Shown: positions 8,421 through 17,171 of the stretch, one piece after another | How positions within the stretch are numbered: position 1 is the stretch's first letter | How the letters are laid out: each line of letters starts with the position of its first letter | NCBI GenBank assembly: GCA_036259875.1 | Contig: DATAAZ010000024.1 | Location: forward strand, 7,997-71,996 | Direction of reading: 5' to 3' | Source of the DNA: Gaiellaceae bacterium | GTDB lineage: Bacteria; Actinomycetota; Thermoleophilia; Gaiellales; Gaiellaceae | DNA: 64,000 nucleotides | Notes under the pieces: model-generated | The model's database searches: none | What the model saw: only the letters and a program-made list of their open reading frames with translations | What the model was told of the DNA's origin: nothing | Translations under genes and position numbers: made by a program

Positions 8421-9931
8421 ACGACAGGGAGCACCTCGTCGCGCTCCGCGGGATCGTCAAGCAGTTCCCGCGCGTGCGCGCGAACGATCGCGTCGACTTC
8501 GACCTTCGCGCGGGTGAGATCCATGCGCTCCTGGGCGAGAACGGCGCCGGAAAGACGACGCTCATGAACATCCTCACCGGGCTCTACCGCGCGGACGAGG
8601 GCGAGATCCGGATCCGCGGCGAGCCCGTCGAGCTCCGGTCCCCGCGGCACGCGATAACGCGTGGGGTCGGGATGGTGCACCAGCACTTCCGCCTCGTCGA
8701 CCGCTTCACCGCTGCGGAGAACGTGACGCTCGGCTGGCACTCGCCGCGAACGGTCATCCGCCGGCGCCCGCTCGAGGAGGAGATCCAGCGCCTCTCGGAA
8801 CGCTACCGGCTGCGCGTCGACTCGGCCCGACCCGTGTGGCAGCTCTCCGTCGGCGAGCAGCAGCGGATCGAGATCCTGAAGAACCTCTACCGCGGCGCGG
8901 ACATCCTCATCCTCGACGAGCCGACCGCCGTGCTCACGCCCCAGGAGGCGTCCGGCCTCTTCGAGAGCCTGCGCGAGATGGCGGCGGCCGGACGCGGCGT
9001 GGTCTTCATCACGCACAAACTGGAGGAGGTGACGGCCGTCGCGGACCGCGTAACCGTCCTCCGGCGCGGCCGCAACGTTGCGACCGTCGCGAGGGCAGAC
9101 ACGAGCGAGCCGGAGCTTGCGCGGATGATGATCGGGCACGAGCTGCCCGAGCGGCGAGCCGAGAGCGCGGCCGAGCCGGGGGAGGTCGTCCTCGCCGTCT
9201 CGGGACTCGAGGCAGACGATGACCGGGGTCTCCGGGCGCTGAGCGGAATCGAGCTCGAGGTTAGGGCAGGAGAGATCGTGGCAATCGCCGGCGTCGCCGG
9301 GAACGGGCAGCGCGAGCTCACCGAGGTCCTCGTCGGCCTTCGCCCGGCGCGCGCCGGGAGGATCGTCTTCCGGAATCGCGACGTCACGAACGCCTCGGTT
9401 GCTCGCAGGATCGCCGCAGGGATCGGCTATTGCCCCGAGGATCGGCTCCGGCAGGGCGTGGCGCCCTCGCTCTCGGTGACCGACAACCTGATCAGTAAGC
9501 GCTACCGAAGCGCGCCCGTGGGACATCGCTTTCTCCTCCGCCGCCGCCAGGCGCGCCGCGTGGCGGCCGAGCTCGCGCGCCGCTTCGACATTCGCGGCGC
9601 CGACCTCGACGCGCCCGCGGCGACGCTGTCGGGCGGGAACGTGCAGAAGCTCGTCTTGGCGCGCGAGTTGAGCGCCGATCCGGCGCTGCTCATCGCCGCC
9701 CAGCCGACGCGCGGGCTCGACGTCGGCGCCGCCGAGTTCATCCGCCGGTTGCTCCTCGAGCAGCGGGCGCGCGGTCGCGCCGTGCTCGTGATCGGCGAGG
9801 ATCTCGACGAGCTGCTCGAGATCGCCGACCGGATCGCGGTCATCTACGAGGGCGCGATCAACGGCGTCTTCCGCGCACGTGAGGCGAACGAGGAGCGCAT
9901 CGGCCTCCTGATGGCGGGGCGCGCGGCGTGA
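8417..9931 (+). CDS. ABC transporter ATP-binding protein (duplicated ATPase, nucleoside/sugar type)
   Basis: 504 aa; GTG 8417 overlaps the upstream stop (GTGA). Walker A GENGAGKTT, signature LSVGEQQR and Walker B ILILDEP are present, and a second ATPase half carries LSGGNVQK. Confidence 0.92.
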   Translation: MNDREHLVALRGIVKQFPRVRANDRVDFDLRAGEIHALLGENGAGKTTLMNILTGLYRADEGEIRIRGEPVELRSPRHAITRGVGMVHQHFRLVDRFTAAENVTLGWHSPRTVIRRRPLEEEIQRLSERYRLRVDSARPVWQLSVGEQQRIEILKNLYRGADILILDEPTAVLTPQEASGLFESLREMAAAGRGVVFITHKLEEVTAVADRVTVLRRGRNVATVARADTSEPELARMMIGHELPERRAESAAEPGEVVLAVSGLEADDDRGLRALSGIELEVRAGEIVAIAGVAGNGQRELTEVLVGLRPARAGRIVFRNRDVTNASVARRIAAGIGYCPEDRLRQGVAPSLSVTDNLISKRYRSAPVGHRFLLRRRQARRVAAELARRFDIRGADLDAPAATLSGGNVQKLVLARELSADPALLIAAQPTRGLDVGAAEFIRRLLLEQRARGRAVLVIGEDLDELLEIADRIAVIYEGAINGVFRAREANEERIGLLMAGRAA

Positions 9932-11028
9932 CGGCATTCGCCCTCGCGGCGCGCTCGTTCATCGTCCAGCTCGTCGCCGTCGCGGTCGGCGTCGTCGTGT
10001 CCGTCACCCTCCTCGCGCTCGTCGGGACGTCACCCACCGACGCGCTCGAGGCGCTACTCCGCGGCGCCTTCGGGACGGACTTCGCGCTTACGCAGACCGT
10101 GCTGAAAGCGATCCCGCTTGCCCTCTGCGGCCTCGCGGTCGCCGTCCCGCTCCTCATGCGCCTCTGGAACATCGGTGCCGAGGGTCAGTTCCACGCCGGC
10201 GCGATCGGGGCGACGTTCGCGGCGCTGTCAGCGCCGGAGTGGCCCGCGGCGGCGCTCCTTCCGGCCATGATCGGCGCCGGGATGGCCGCCGGCGCCCTTC
10301 TGGCGCTTGCGGCCGCCGTCCCGCGCGCGCTCTGGGGCGTGAACGAAATCATCACGACGCTCCTCCTCAACTACGTCGCGATCCTCGCGGTCGCCTACCT
10401 CGTCATCGGCCCGTGGCGCGGCGCCGAGAGCTTCAACTTCCCGGTCAGCGACCTCTTCTCGCCCGCGGCGGCGCTGCCGCGCCTCGGATCCAGCCAACTG
10501 CACCTCGGCGTCTTCTTCCCCCTGATCGCGGCCGCGATCCTCGTCTTCCTGTTGCACCGCTCGCCTTGGGGTTTCGAGGTGCGGATGATCGGCGCGAGCC
10601 CGGGCGCCGCCCGTGCTGCCGGGATGTCGACCCGCAAGAACGTCGTCGTCGTCATGCTCGTCGCAGGTGCCCTCGCCGGCGTTGCGGGGATGGTCGAGGT
10701 CTCGATGACCTTCGGGCGGCTCCAGCAGGGAATCAGCCCCGGCTACGGCTACATGGCGATCGTGATCGCCGCGCTCGCGGGTGGGAACGTGCTCGGGACG
10801 CTCGCCGCCGCGATCCTCTTCGGCGGCTTCGTCGTCGGCGGCTTCGCGCTCCAGACGCTCGGCGTTCCGCAGGCGTTCGTCCTCATGCTTCAGGGGATCA
10901 TCCTCTTCTGCGCGCTCGCCGGGGCACGCCTGGCCGGCTCGCGACTGACGCCGTGGCTGCCGCTTCGGCTGCGGCGCGGTGAGGCCGGCGAGGCGGCGCT
11001 CCAGAAGGAGGAGCCGTCGATACCCTGA
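9928..11028 (+). CDS. ABC transporter permease (BMP/nucleoside system)
   Basis: 366-aa polytopic ORF; GTG 9928 overlaps the upstream stop (GTGA). WNIGAEGQ and the overall hydrophobicity are typical of this permease family. Confidence 0.88.
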   Translation: MTAFALAARSFIVQLVAVAVGVVVSVTLLALVGTSPTDALEALLRGAFGTDFALTQTVLKAIPLALCGLAVAVPLLMRLWNIGAEGQFHAGAIGATFAALSAPEWPAAALLPAMIGAGMAAGALLALAAAVPRALWGVNEIITTLLLNYVAILAVAYLVIGPWRGAESFNFPVSDLFSPAAALPRLGSSQLHLGVFFPLIAAAILVFLLHRSPWGFEVRMIGASPGAARAAGMSTRKNVVVVMLVAGALAGVAGMVEVSMTFGRLQQGISPGYGYMAIVIAALAGGNVLGTLAAAILFGGFVVGGFALQTLGVPQAFVLMLQGIILFCALAGARLAGSRLTPWLPLRLRRGEAGEAALQKEEPSIP

Positions 11029-11090
11029 CCACCCTTCTGACCGCCGCCGTCGCGGCCGGCACACCCCTCCTCTTCGCCGCGGTCGGGGAG

Positions 11091-11939
11091 GTGGTCGCCG
11101 AGCGCGCGGGCGTCATCAATCTCGGCCTGGAGGGGATGATGCTCGTCGGCGCCGTCCTCGGCTTCCTCGCGATGAACGAGACCGGCTCGGCGGTGACGGG
11201 CGTCCTCGCCGCGCTCGCCGCGGGCGCAGCCGCGGCCACCGTCCATGCCTTCTTCTCCGTCACGCTGAAGGCGAACCAGATCATCTCGGGGCTCGGCCTC
11301 ACGATCGCAGGGACCGGCCTCGCCGCGATCTTGGGCGGCTCGGTCGTCGGCGTCCCGGCGCGGGACAGCTTCGGGGACGTCTCGCTCCCGCTGCTCGGGT
11401 CGATCCCCGGCGTCGGCGAGATCCTCTTCCGCCACCACGCGCTCGTCTACGTGGGCTTCCTGCTCGCGCCGGCAGTCTGGGTCGTCCTCCGACACACGCG
11501 GCTCGGCCTCCACCTGCGCGCCGTCGGCGAGAACCCGGCCGCGGCCGACGCGATGGGCGTCTCCGTCGCCGCATACCGTTACGGCGCCGTCCTCTTCGGC
11601 GGCGCGCTCGCCGGCCTGGCCGGTGCGTCGCTCTCGCTCGCGGAGGCGCCCGGGTGGAGCGAGGGGATGACCGCCGGGCGCGGCTGGATCGCGCTTGCCC
11701 TCGTCATCTTCGCGACGTGGGATCCGCTGCGCGCGCTCGTTGGAGCCTACTTCTTCGGAGCGCTCGACGTGCTCGGTTTCCGCGCGCAAATCATCGGCGT
11801 CGACATCCCCTCGACGGTGCTCGGGATGATTCCGTACGTCGCGACGATCCTCGTCCTGATCGCGGTCACGGTGCTCGGGGCGCGCAAGCGACTCGGAGCG
11901 CCGGACGCGCTCGGCGTCCCCTACCTGCGCGAGAGCTAG
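11091..11939 (+). CDS. ABC transporter permease (second permease; real start probably upstream, CTG 11025)
   Basis: GTG 11091 is the first canonical start. The same frame is open from 10983 and encodes the conserved N-terminal segment TLLTAAVAAGTPLLFAAVGE before it. CTG 11025 overlaps the upstream stop (CTGA) and follows GGAGGAG. The 3' end and frame are secure. Confidence 0.85.
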   Translation: MVAERAGVINLGLEGMMLVGAVLGFLAMNETGSAVTGVLAALAAGAAAATVHAFFSVTLKANQIISGLGLTIAGTGLAAILGGSVVGVPARDSFGDVSLPLLGSIPGVGEILFRHHALVYVGFLLAPAVWVVLRHTRLGLHLRAVGENPAAADAMGVSVAAYRYGAVLFGGALAGLAGASLSLAEAPGWSEGMTAGRGWIALALVIFATWDPLRALVGAYFFGALDVLGFRAQIIGVDIPSTVLGMIPYVATILVLIAVTVLGARKRLGAPDALGVPYLRES

Positions 11940-12967
11940 CTCCGCTCGAGCTGCGCGTCGAGCTCGTCGAGCTCGCGTTCGAACCCGCGGCGCATGCGCT
12001 GTTTCTCGTCGTCGCTCATCCACGAGCCGTCGACACCGTTCAAGACGAACTCGCGCACCGTCTCCGGGCCCCAGCCAGCGGCCTGGACCATCCCGACGTA
12101 CTCCTTGCCGATGTCGGTGTGGAACATCGGCGGATCGTCGGAATTGATCATGATTTTCAGGCCCTCGTCGGCCATCTGGCGGATGGGGTGCTTCGTGAGG
12201 TCGTTCGGGTCGAAGTAGCAGACCGCCGTGGCAGTCGGGCAGACCGTGAACGTGATCCCCTCGTCGCGGCAGCGCTGGACGACGCTCTCGTCGCCGAGAA
12301 CGTGGTACCCGTGGTCGATCCGCTCGACGCCGAGCACGTCGAGGCAGGTCGTCACGTTCTTCGCCGGCGCGTCCTCACAGGCGTGCGCCGTGAGCCGAAG
12401 CCCGCCCTCGCGCGCCATCCGGTACGCCTCGGTGAACTTCTCGGGGGGGTCGGGAGCCTCGGCGCCGTCCATCCCGAGGCCGATGAGCTCGTCGCGCCGG
12501 TGCTCGAGGACGTCGCGCACCATGTCGTTCGCGACCTCGGGCGCGTCCTGCCGGTACACGTCGGCGATCAGGCGGCATTGAACGCCGAAGTCCGTCTCCG
12601 CCGCCCGGATCCCGTCGACGAGGCCGTCGACGACGGTCTTGTAGGGGACGCCGCGCCGAGTGTGAAGGGTCGGGTTGAAGAACATCTCCCGGTACTTGAG
12701 GTTGCCGAGCTTGACCCCGTCCTCGATCGACTCGTAGGCCGTGCGCGCGAAGTCGTCCTGGTCGCGCAGCGTCGACGAGACCATCCCGAAGATCTTCAGG
12801 AATTCGTAGATCGAGTCGTAGTCGTAGAGCCGGTCCGCGTCGTCGGTCGGCAGCTCGACGCCGTGCTTTCGCGCGAGCTCCGCAAACGTCTGCGGGCGGA
12901 CCGTACCCTCGAAGTGGCAGTGGAGCTCGACCTTCGGTACGCGCCGCAGGTACTCCTCGTACGTCAT
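11936..12967 (-). CDS. add: adenosine deaminase
   Basis: ATG 12967 is preceded by GGAGGAGCGG. MTYEEYLRRVPKVELHCHFEGTVRP is the classic Add N-terminus, and INSDDPPMFHT lies near the C-terminus. Confidence 0.92.
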   Translation of the reverse strand: MTYEEYLRRVPKVELHCHFEGTVRPQTFAELARKHGVELPTDDADRLYDYDSIYEFLKIFGMVSSTLRDQDDFARTAYESIEDGVKLGNLKYREMFFNPTLHTRRGVPYKTVVDGLVDGIRAAETDFGVQCRLIADVYRQDAPEVANDMVRDVLEHRRDELIGLGMDGAEAPDPPEKFTEAYRMAREGGLRLTAHACEDAPAKNVTTCLDVLGVERIDHGYHVLGDESVVQRCRDEGITFTVCPTATAVCYFDPNDLTKHPIRQMADEGLKIMINSDDPPMFHTDIGKEYVGMVQAAGWGPETVREFVLNGVDGSWMSDDEKQRMRRGFERELDELDAQLERS

Positions 12968-12981
12968 CCGCTCCTCCTCGG

Positions 12982-14097
12982 CTATCCGGGCAGCTTGCCT
13001 TCGACGCCCTCGACGAACCAGTTCCAGGCCACGAACTCCTCGAACGAGATCTCGTGCCCGTCCTCGAAGCGAACCTTCCCGGACTGGTCCCTGATCGGTC
13101 CGACGAACGGATTGAAGCTCCCGTCCTTGAACCCGGCGAGCATTTCGTCGACCTCCGCGCGAACGTCCTCGGGAACCGACTCGCCGTAGGGCGCGAGCTC
13201 GACGCTGCCGTCGGCGAGCGTCCCCCAGTAGTCCTCGGACTTCCACGTTCCGTTCTTCGCTTGCTCGACGCGCTCCGCGTAGTGCTCGCCCCAGTTCAGG
13301 ACGACGGCCGAGAGGAACGCCTCGGGGCCGAAGCGCGTCATGTCGGAGTTCCACGTCGCGGCGTACTTCCCGTTCGCGGCCGCCGCCTGGAGGACCGAAG
13401 GGCTGTCCTCGATCCCGAAGAGGACGTCGGCTCCCGCGTCCATGAGCGAGGTCGCCGCCTGCTTCTCCTTGGGCGGGTCGAACCACGTGTTGATGAAGAG
13501 CATCTTGACGCGGATCGACGGATCGATGCTCCGGGCACCGAGCGTGAAGGAGTTGACGTCGCGAATCACCTCCGGAATCGGGAACGAGCCGACGTACCCG
13601 AGCGTCTTCGTCTTCGTCATGTGCCCGGCGATCACGCCGAGGAGGTAGGAGGGCTCCCAGTGCTGGACGAAGTACGTCGAGACGTTCTCGGCACGCTGGA
13701 GCCCCGTCGCGTGCTCGAAGAGTACGTCGGGATGCTGCTGCGCTTTCTGGATGACCGTCTCGCCGTAGCCGAAGCTCGTGGCGAAGATCATCTTGTTTCC
13801 CTGCGCGATCAGCTGGTCGATCGCAGGGCCCGAGTTCGCCTCCGGGACGCTGTCGAGCGCGGTCGTCTCGATCCCGTCGACGTTCTCCTCGAGGTACTTG
13901 CGCGCCTGGTCGTGCTGGTACGTCCAGCCCGCGTCACCCGGCGGGCCGATGTAGATGAACCCGACCTTGAACGGCTCGCCGCCGCCCCCGGCGGCCTCGT
14001 TGCCGCCGCCGCCGCCTCCATTGTCGTCGCCCCCGCAGGCCGCTAACGAGAGCGCGAGGGCGAAGGCCGAGAGCAGAGCGACGAGCGAGCGGAACAT
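12982..14097 (-). CDS. BMP-family ABC transporter substrate-binding lipoprotein
   Basis: 371 aa; ATG 14097 is preceded by GAGGAGGAT. It has a lipobox signal (LALSLAACGG) and a BMP body (FKVGFIYIGPPGDAGW, FATSFGYGE, NTWFDPP). It is a paralogue of 3575-4765. Confidence 0.9.
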   Translation of the reverse strand: MFRSLVALLSAFALALSLAACGGDDNGGGGGGNEAAGGGGEPFKVGFIYIGPPGDAGWTYQHDQARKYLEENVDGIETTALDSVPEANSGPAIDQLIAQGNKMIFATSFGYGETVIQKAQQHPDVLFEHATGLQRAENVSTYFVQHWEPSYLLGVIAGHMTKTKTLGYVGSFPIPEVIRDVNSFTLGARSIDPSIRVKMLFINTWFDPPKEKQAATSLMDAGADVLFGIEDSPSVLQAAAANGKYAATWNSDMTRFGPEAFLSAVVLNWGEHYAERVEQAKNGTWKSEDYWGTLADGSVELAPYGESVPEDVRAEVDEMLAGFKDGSFNPFVGPIRDQSGKVRFEDGHEISFEEFVAWNWFVEGVEGKLPG

Positions 14098-14178
14098 CGA
14101 TCCTCCTCGAAGGGTTGCGCAGCGAGGCGAGCTTATAACCGCGACGGCGCGATGGGAAATCGGCTCGCCGAGCGGCGC

Positions 14179-14955
14179 CTACATGCCCATCGCGTGGTAG
14201 CCGGAGTCGACGTAGAGGATCGTGCCGGTCACGTTTCGCGCCTCGTCCGAGAGCAGGAACGCGGCCGCCGCGCCGACGTCCTCCGAGTCGATGTTGCGCC
14301 GGAGCGGCGAGCGCTCCTCGACGATCGACTCCATCGTCGGGAAGCCCGCGATCGAGCGCGCCGCCAGCGTCCTGACCGGGCCCGCCGAGACGGCGTTGAC
14401 CCGGATGTCCTTCTCGCCCAGGTCCCACGCGAGGTAACGAAGCGAGGCGTCGAGCGCCGCCTTCGCGACGCCCATGACGTTGTAATGCGGCACGGCGCGC
14501 TCGCCGCCGAGGTAGGTCATCGTCAGGATCGAGCCACCGCCGGCAGCCTGCATGAGCGGCTCGGCGGCGCGCGCACACGCGACGAGCGAGTAGGCCGAGA
14601 CGTCGAGTGCGAGCCAGTAGCGGTCGCGTGGCGTGTCCGTGAACCGGCCCTCGAGGTCGCGCGCATCCGCGAACGCGACGGAGTGGACGAGGAGGTCGAG
14701 CCGGCCGTCGAACGCCTCGGCGACCTCGGCGAAGACGCGCTCGACGTTCTCGTCGGAGCGAACGTCGCATTCCGCGACGAGCGGGGAGGAAACGGTCGAG
14801 GCAAGCTCGCGTACGTTCTTCTCGATGCGCTCGCCCTGGTAGGTGAACGCGAGCGTCGCGCCGCCGTCCGCGAGCTCCTGCGCGATCGCCCATGCGATCG
14901 ATCGCCTGTTGGCGACGCCGAGGACGAGGCCTCGCTTACCCGCGAAGTCCGGCAC
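14179..14955 (-). CDS. fabI: enoyl-[acyl-carrier-protein] reductase (NADH), FabI
   Basis: GTG 14955 gives 258 aa. GKRGLVLGVANRRSIAWAIA, YNVMGVAKAALD and the C-terminal YVDSGYH are FabI signatures. Confidence 0.9.
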   Translation of the reverse strand: MPDFAGKRGLVLGVANRRSIAWAIAQELADGGATLAFTYQGERIEKNVRELASTVSSPLVAECDVRSDENVERVFAEVAEAFDGRLDLLVHSVAFADARDLEGRFTDTPRDRYWLALDVSAYSLVACARAAEPLMQAAGGGSILTMTYLGGERAVPHYNVMGVAKAALDASLRYLAWDLGEKDIRVNAVSAGPVRTLAARSIAGFPTMESIVEERSPLRRNIDSEDVGAAAAFLLSDEARNVTGTILYVDSGYHAMGM

Positions 14956-14963
14956 GGCGGCGG

Positions 14964-14969
14964 AGTCTA
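14964..14969 (-). promoter_or_regulatory. candidate -10 hexamer (TAGACT) 8 nt upstream of the fabI GTG
   Basis: The minus strand reads TAGACT-ccgccgcc-GTG and fits the TANNNT pattern. It is part of a recurrent architecture in this window. Confidence 0.35.
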
Positions 14970-14971
14970 AG

Positions 14972-15556
14972 GTGCGCAGCGTGTCCGTCGAGAAGCTGAA
15001 CGGCAAGGAGACGTCACGCGGCTCCCTCCGCGTCGCCGCCGTGCGGCGCGGCCGGTTTCCCGAGGAGCGAGACGCGGTCGTCTCCCTCGACGGCGAACCC
15101 GTCGTCCGGCTCAAGCACTTTTCCGGTCGGCGCTCGGCGCGCGTTTCGCCGTGGATCGAGGCGACCGTCGCCCGTGACGACGAAGCGCTCGCGGCGGAGC
15201 TCGTGCGGGCGCTCGCCGACCTCCTGCCGCCCGGGGGCTACCTGATGATCGGCTACGGCGACGACGAGACGGAGCGCGGGCTGAAGCGCCGCTTTCCGCC
15301 CGTTGCGACCCCGCTCGGAAAGGCGCTCTTCGACGCCGGCGCGACGTGGTTCAAGGATTGGTACTACCCCGAGGGCTGGATGGAAGGCGGCATGAAGCTT
15401 CAGGGGAACAAGGCCGTCTCCGAGGAGGCGCGCCGCACGCACCTCGCCGAGCTTCGCGCCGAGGTGGAGGAGTGGCTGCGGCGGGTGGGCGACGAGGACG
15501 ACGCGCTCGTCCGACGAGCGCGGGAGCGGGCAGAGGCTGCGCTGGCGAGCGAATGA
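14972..15556 (+). CDS. conserved hypothetical protein
   Basis: Strong GC3 bias and protein-like composition (LMIGYGDDETERGLKRRFPP, WFKDWYYPEGWMEGGMKLQG). The start is uncertain (GTG 14972 or 14981); the earlier part of the raw ORF overlaps fabI antisense. The stop overlaps the next start (ATGA). Family not recognised with confidence. Confidence 0.55.
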   Translation: MRSVSVEKLNGKETSRGSLRVAAVRRGRFPEERDAVVSLDGEPVVRLKHFSGRRSARVSPWIEATVARDDEALAAELVRALADLLPPGGYLMIGYGDDETERGLKRRFPPVATPLGKALFDAGATWFKDWYYPEGWMEGGMKLQGNKAVSEEARRTHLAELRAEVEEWLRRVGDEDDALVRRARERAEAALASE

Positions 15557-16437
15557 AGGCCCTCGCGCACGACGTCTTCACATATCCACTCCCGCCTGGG
15601 CACCGGTTTCCGCTCGGCAAGTACCGGCGCGTCCGCGAGGGCGCGGAAGCGGCCGGGCTCGACGTCCAGGACGCCCGCGCCGCCACGCGCGCGGAGCTTC
15701 GGCTCGCGCACGACGCCGCGTACCTCGACCGCGTCGAGGCGGGCCGCCTGAGCCGGCGCGAGGAGCTTGCGCTCGGGCTTCCCTGGTCGCCGGAGCTCGT
15801 CGAGCGCGCCCGCCGCTCGGTCGGGGCGACGATCCTCGCCGCGGAGGTGGCGCTCGCGGACGGCGTCGCGGCCAACGTGGGCGGCGGGACGCACCACGCG
15901 TTCGCGGACGGGGGTCGCGGCTTCTGCGTCTTCAACGACGTCGTCGCCGCCGTTCGCGCGCTTCGTGCCGCGCTCCGCGTCCGCCGCGCGATCGTCGTCG
16001 ACCTCGACGTCCACCAGGGCGACGGAACGCACGCCGCCTTCCTCGGCGATCCCGAGACGTTCACCTTCTCGGTCAACGGCTTCCGCAATTACCCGTTTCG
16101 CCGCGTGCCGGGCGACCTCGAGCTCGAGCTTCCCGACCGGACGGGCGACGACCAGTACCTGGACGCGCTCGGGCGCCTCCTCGCGCAGGCGCTCGCGCGC
16201 GCCAGACCCGACGTCTGCTTCTACCTCGCCGGCGCCGATCCGTACGAGCGTGACCGGCTCGGGCGTCTTGCCCTCACGAAGGAGGGCCTCGCAGCCCGCG
16301 ACCGGCTCGTGCGCGACGCACTCGCCCGCGCAGGCGTCCCCGTCTGCGTGACGCTCGCGGGCGGCTATGCCGACCCGATCGAGGACACGGTCGACATCAA
16401 CCTGACTACGCTCCGGATATTCGCGTCGCGGTCGTAA
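15553..16437 (+). CDS. histone deacetylase-family (HDAC/acetoin-utilisation type) amidohydrolase
   Basis: ATG 15553 overlaps the upstream stop. NVGGGTHHAFADGGRGFCVFND and VVDLDVHQGDGT are the HDAC catalytic motifs. Confidence 0.88.
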   Translation: MKALAHDVFTYPLPPGHRFPLGKYRRVREGAEAAGLDVQDARAATRAELRLAHDAAYLDRVEAGRLSRREELALGLPWSPELVERARRSVGATILAAEVALADGVAANVGGGTHHAFADGGRGFCVFNDVVAAVRALRAALRVRRAIVVDLDVHQGDGTHAAFLGDPETFTFSVNGFRNYPFRRVPGDLELELPDRTGDDQYLDALGRLLAQALARARPDVCFYLAGADPYERDRLGRLALTKEGLAARDRLVRDALARAGVPVCVTLAGGYADPIEDTVDINLTTLRIFASRS

Positions 16438-17171
16438 CCGGAGGCTCGAGCGGGATTGGCGCCGCACTCGCGAGGCGCCTCGCCGCAGACGGGTGGCGCT
16501 GCGTCCTCGTGGCGCGCGGGCGCGAGCGGCTCGAACGCGTCGCATCCGAGCTGGGCGCCGAAGCCGAGGTCTGCGACGTGGCCGATCGCGCCGCGGTCGA
16601 CGCGACGGCGCGGCGGGTCGGCGAGCGGCACGCCGCCGTGCACCTGCTCGTCAACAACGCGGGCGTAGCGGCCGGCGGCGGCTACCTCGACGTCTCGCCC
16701 GCACGGATCGAGGAAGTGACGCGAGTGAACTATCTCGGCGGCGTCTGGTGCCTGCGCGCGTTCCTGCCGCTTCTCGAGCGAGCCGTGCCCTCGGATGTCG
16801 TGAACGTCGCCTCCGTCGCCGGGACGGCCGTGGGGCAGACGTCGGGCCCGTATGCCGCCTCGAAGCACGCGCAGATCGCGTTCTCGCGGGCGATCGCGGC
16901 GGAGCTCGCACCGCGCGGGATCCGGGTCCACGCGATCAACCCGGGGCCCGTGCCGACACCCGGCTTCCCGCAGGAGCGCGCCCTCAACCACCGCTGGAGA
17001 CGGCGCTTCGTCGTCAGTCCCGACGACGTGGCGAGGGCGATCCTCCACGCGGTCGCGCGCAATCGCCGCGAAATCTTCGTGCCGCGCGTATTCCGCCTCG
17101 CCGCGGCCGCACAGGGGATCGCCCCCGCCACAATGACTCGCGTCGCTGCGAGGCGCGGCTGGGGCCGATGA
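16419..17171 (+). CDS. short-chain dehydrogenase/reductase (SDR); start inferred at ATT 16419
   Basis: The Rossmann motif VAVVTGGSSGIGAAL (16425-16469) lies upstream of the first canonical start (GTG 16509). NNAG and YAASKHA catalytic motifs lie downstream. The 3' end and frame are secure; the start codon identity is uncertain. Confidence 0.8.
   Translation: MRVAVVTGGSSGIGAALARRLAADGWRCVLVARGRERLERVASELGAEAEVCDVADRAAVDATARRVGERHAAVHLLVNNAGVAAGGGYLDVSPARIEEVTRVNYLGGVWCLRAFLPLLERAVPSDVVNVASVAGTAVGQTSGPYAASKHAQIAFSRAIAAELAPRGIRVHAINPGPVPTPGFPQERALNHRWRRRFVVSPDDVARAILHAVARNRREIFVPRVFRLAAAAQGIAPATMTRVAARRGWGR

Noticed and set aside
8231-9937. 568-aa minus-strand ORF
   Set aside because: It is antisense to the ABC ATPase gene, which has Walker A/B and signature motifs.
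10979-13189. 736-aa plus-strand ORF
   Set aside because: It is an out-of-frame reading of permease 2, then antisense to add and the second BMP gene. It has Arg/Pro-rich shadow composition.
16404-16437. Programmed -1 frameshift fusing the HDAC-like protein to the SDR
   Set aside because: The SDR frame is -1 relative to the HDAC frame, but the overlap (ctg act acg ctc cgg ata ttc gcg tcg cgg tcg taa) has no X_XXY_YYZ slippery heptamer or homopolymer run.
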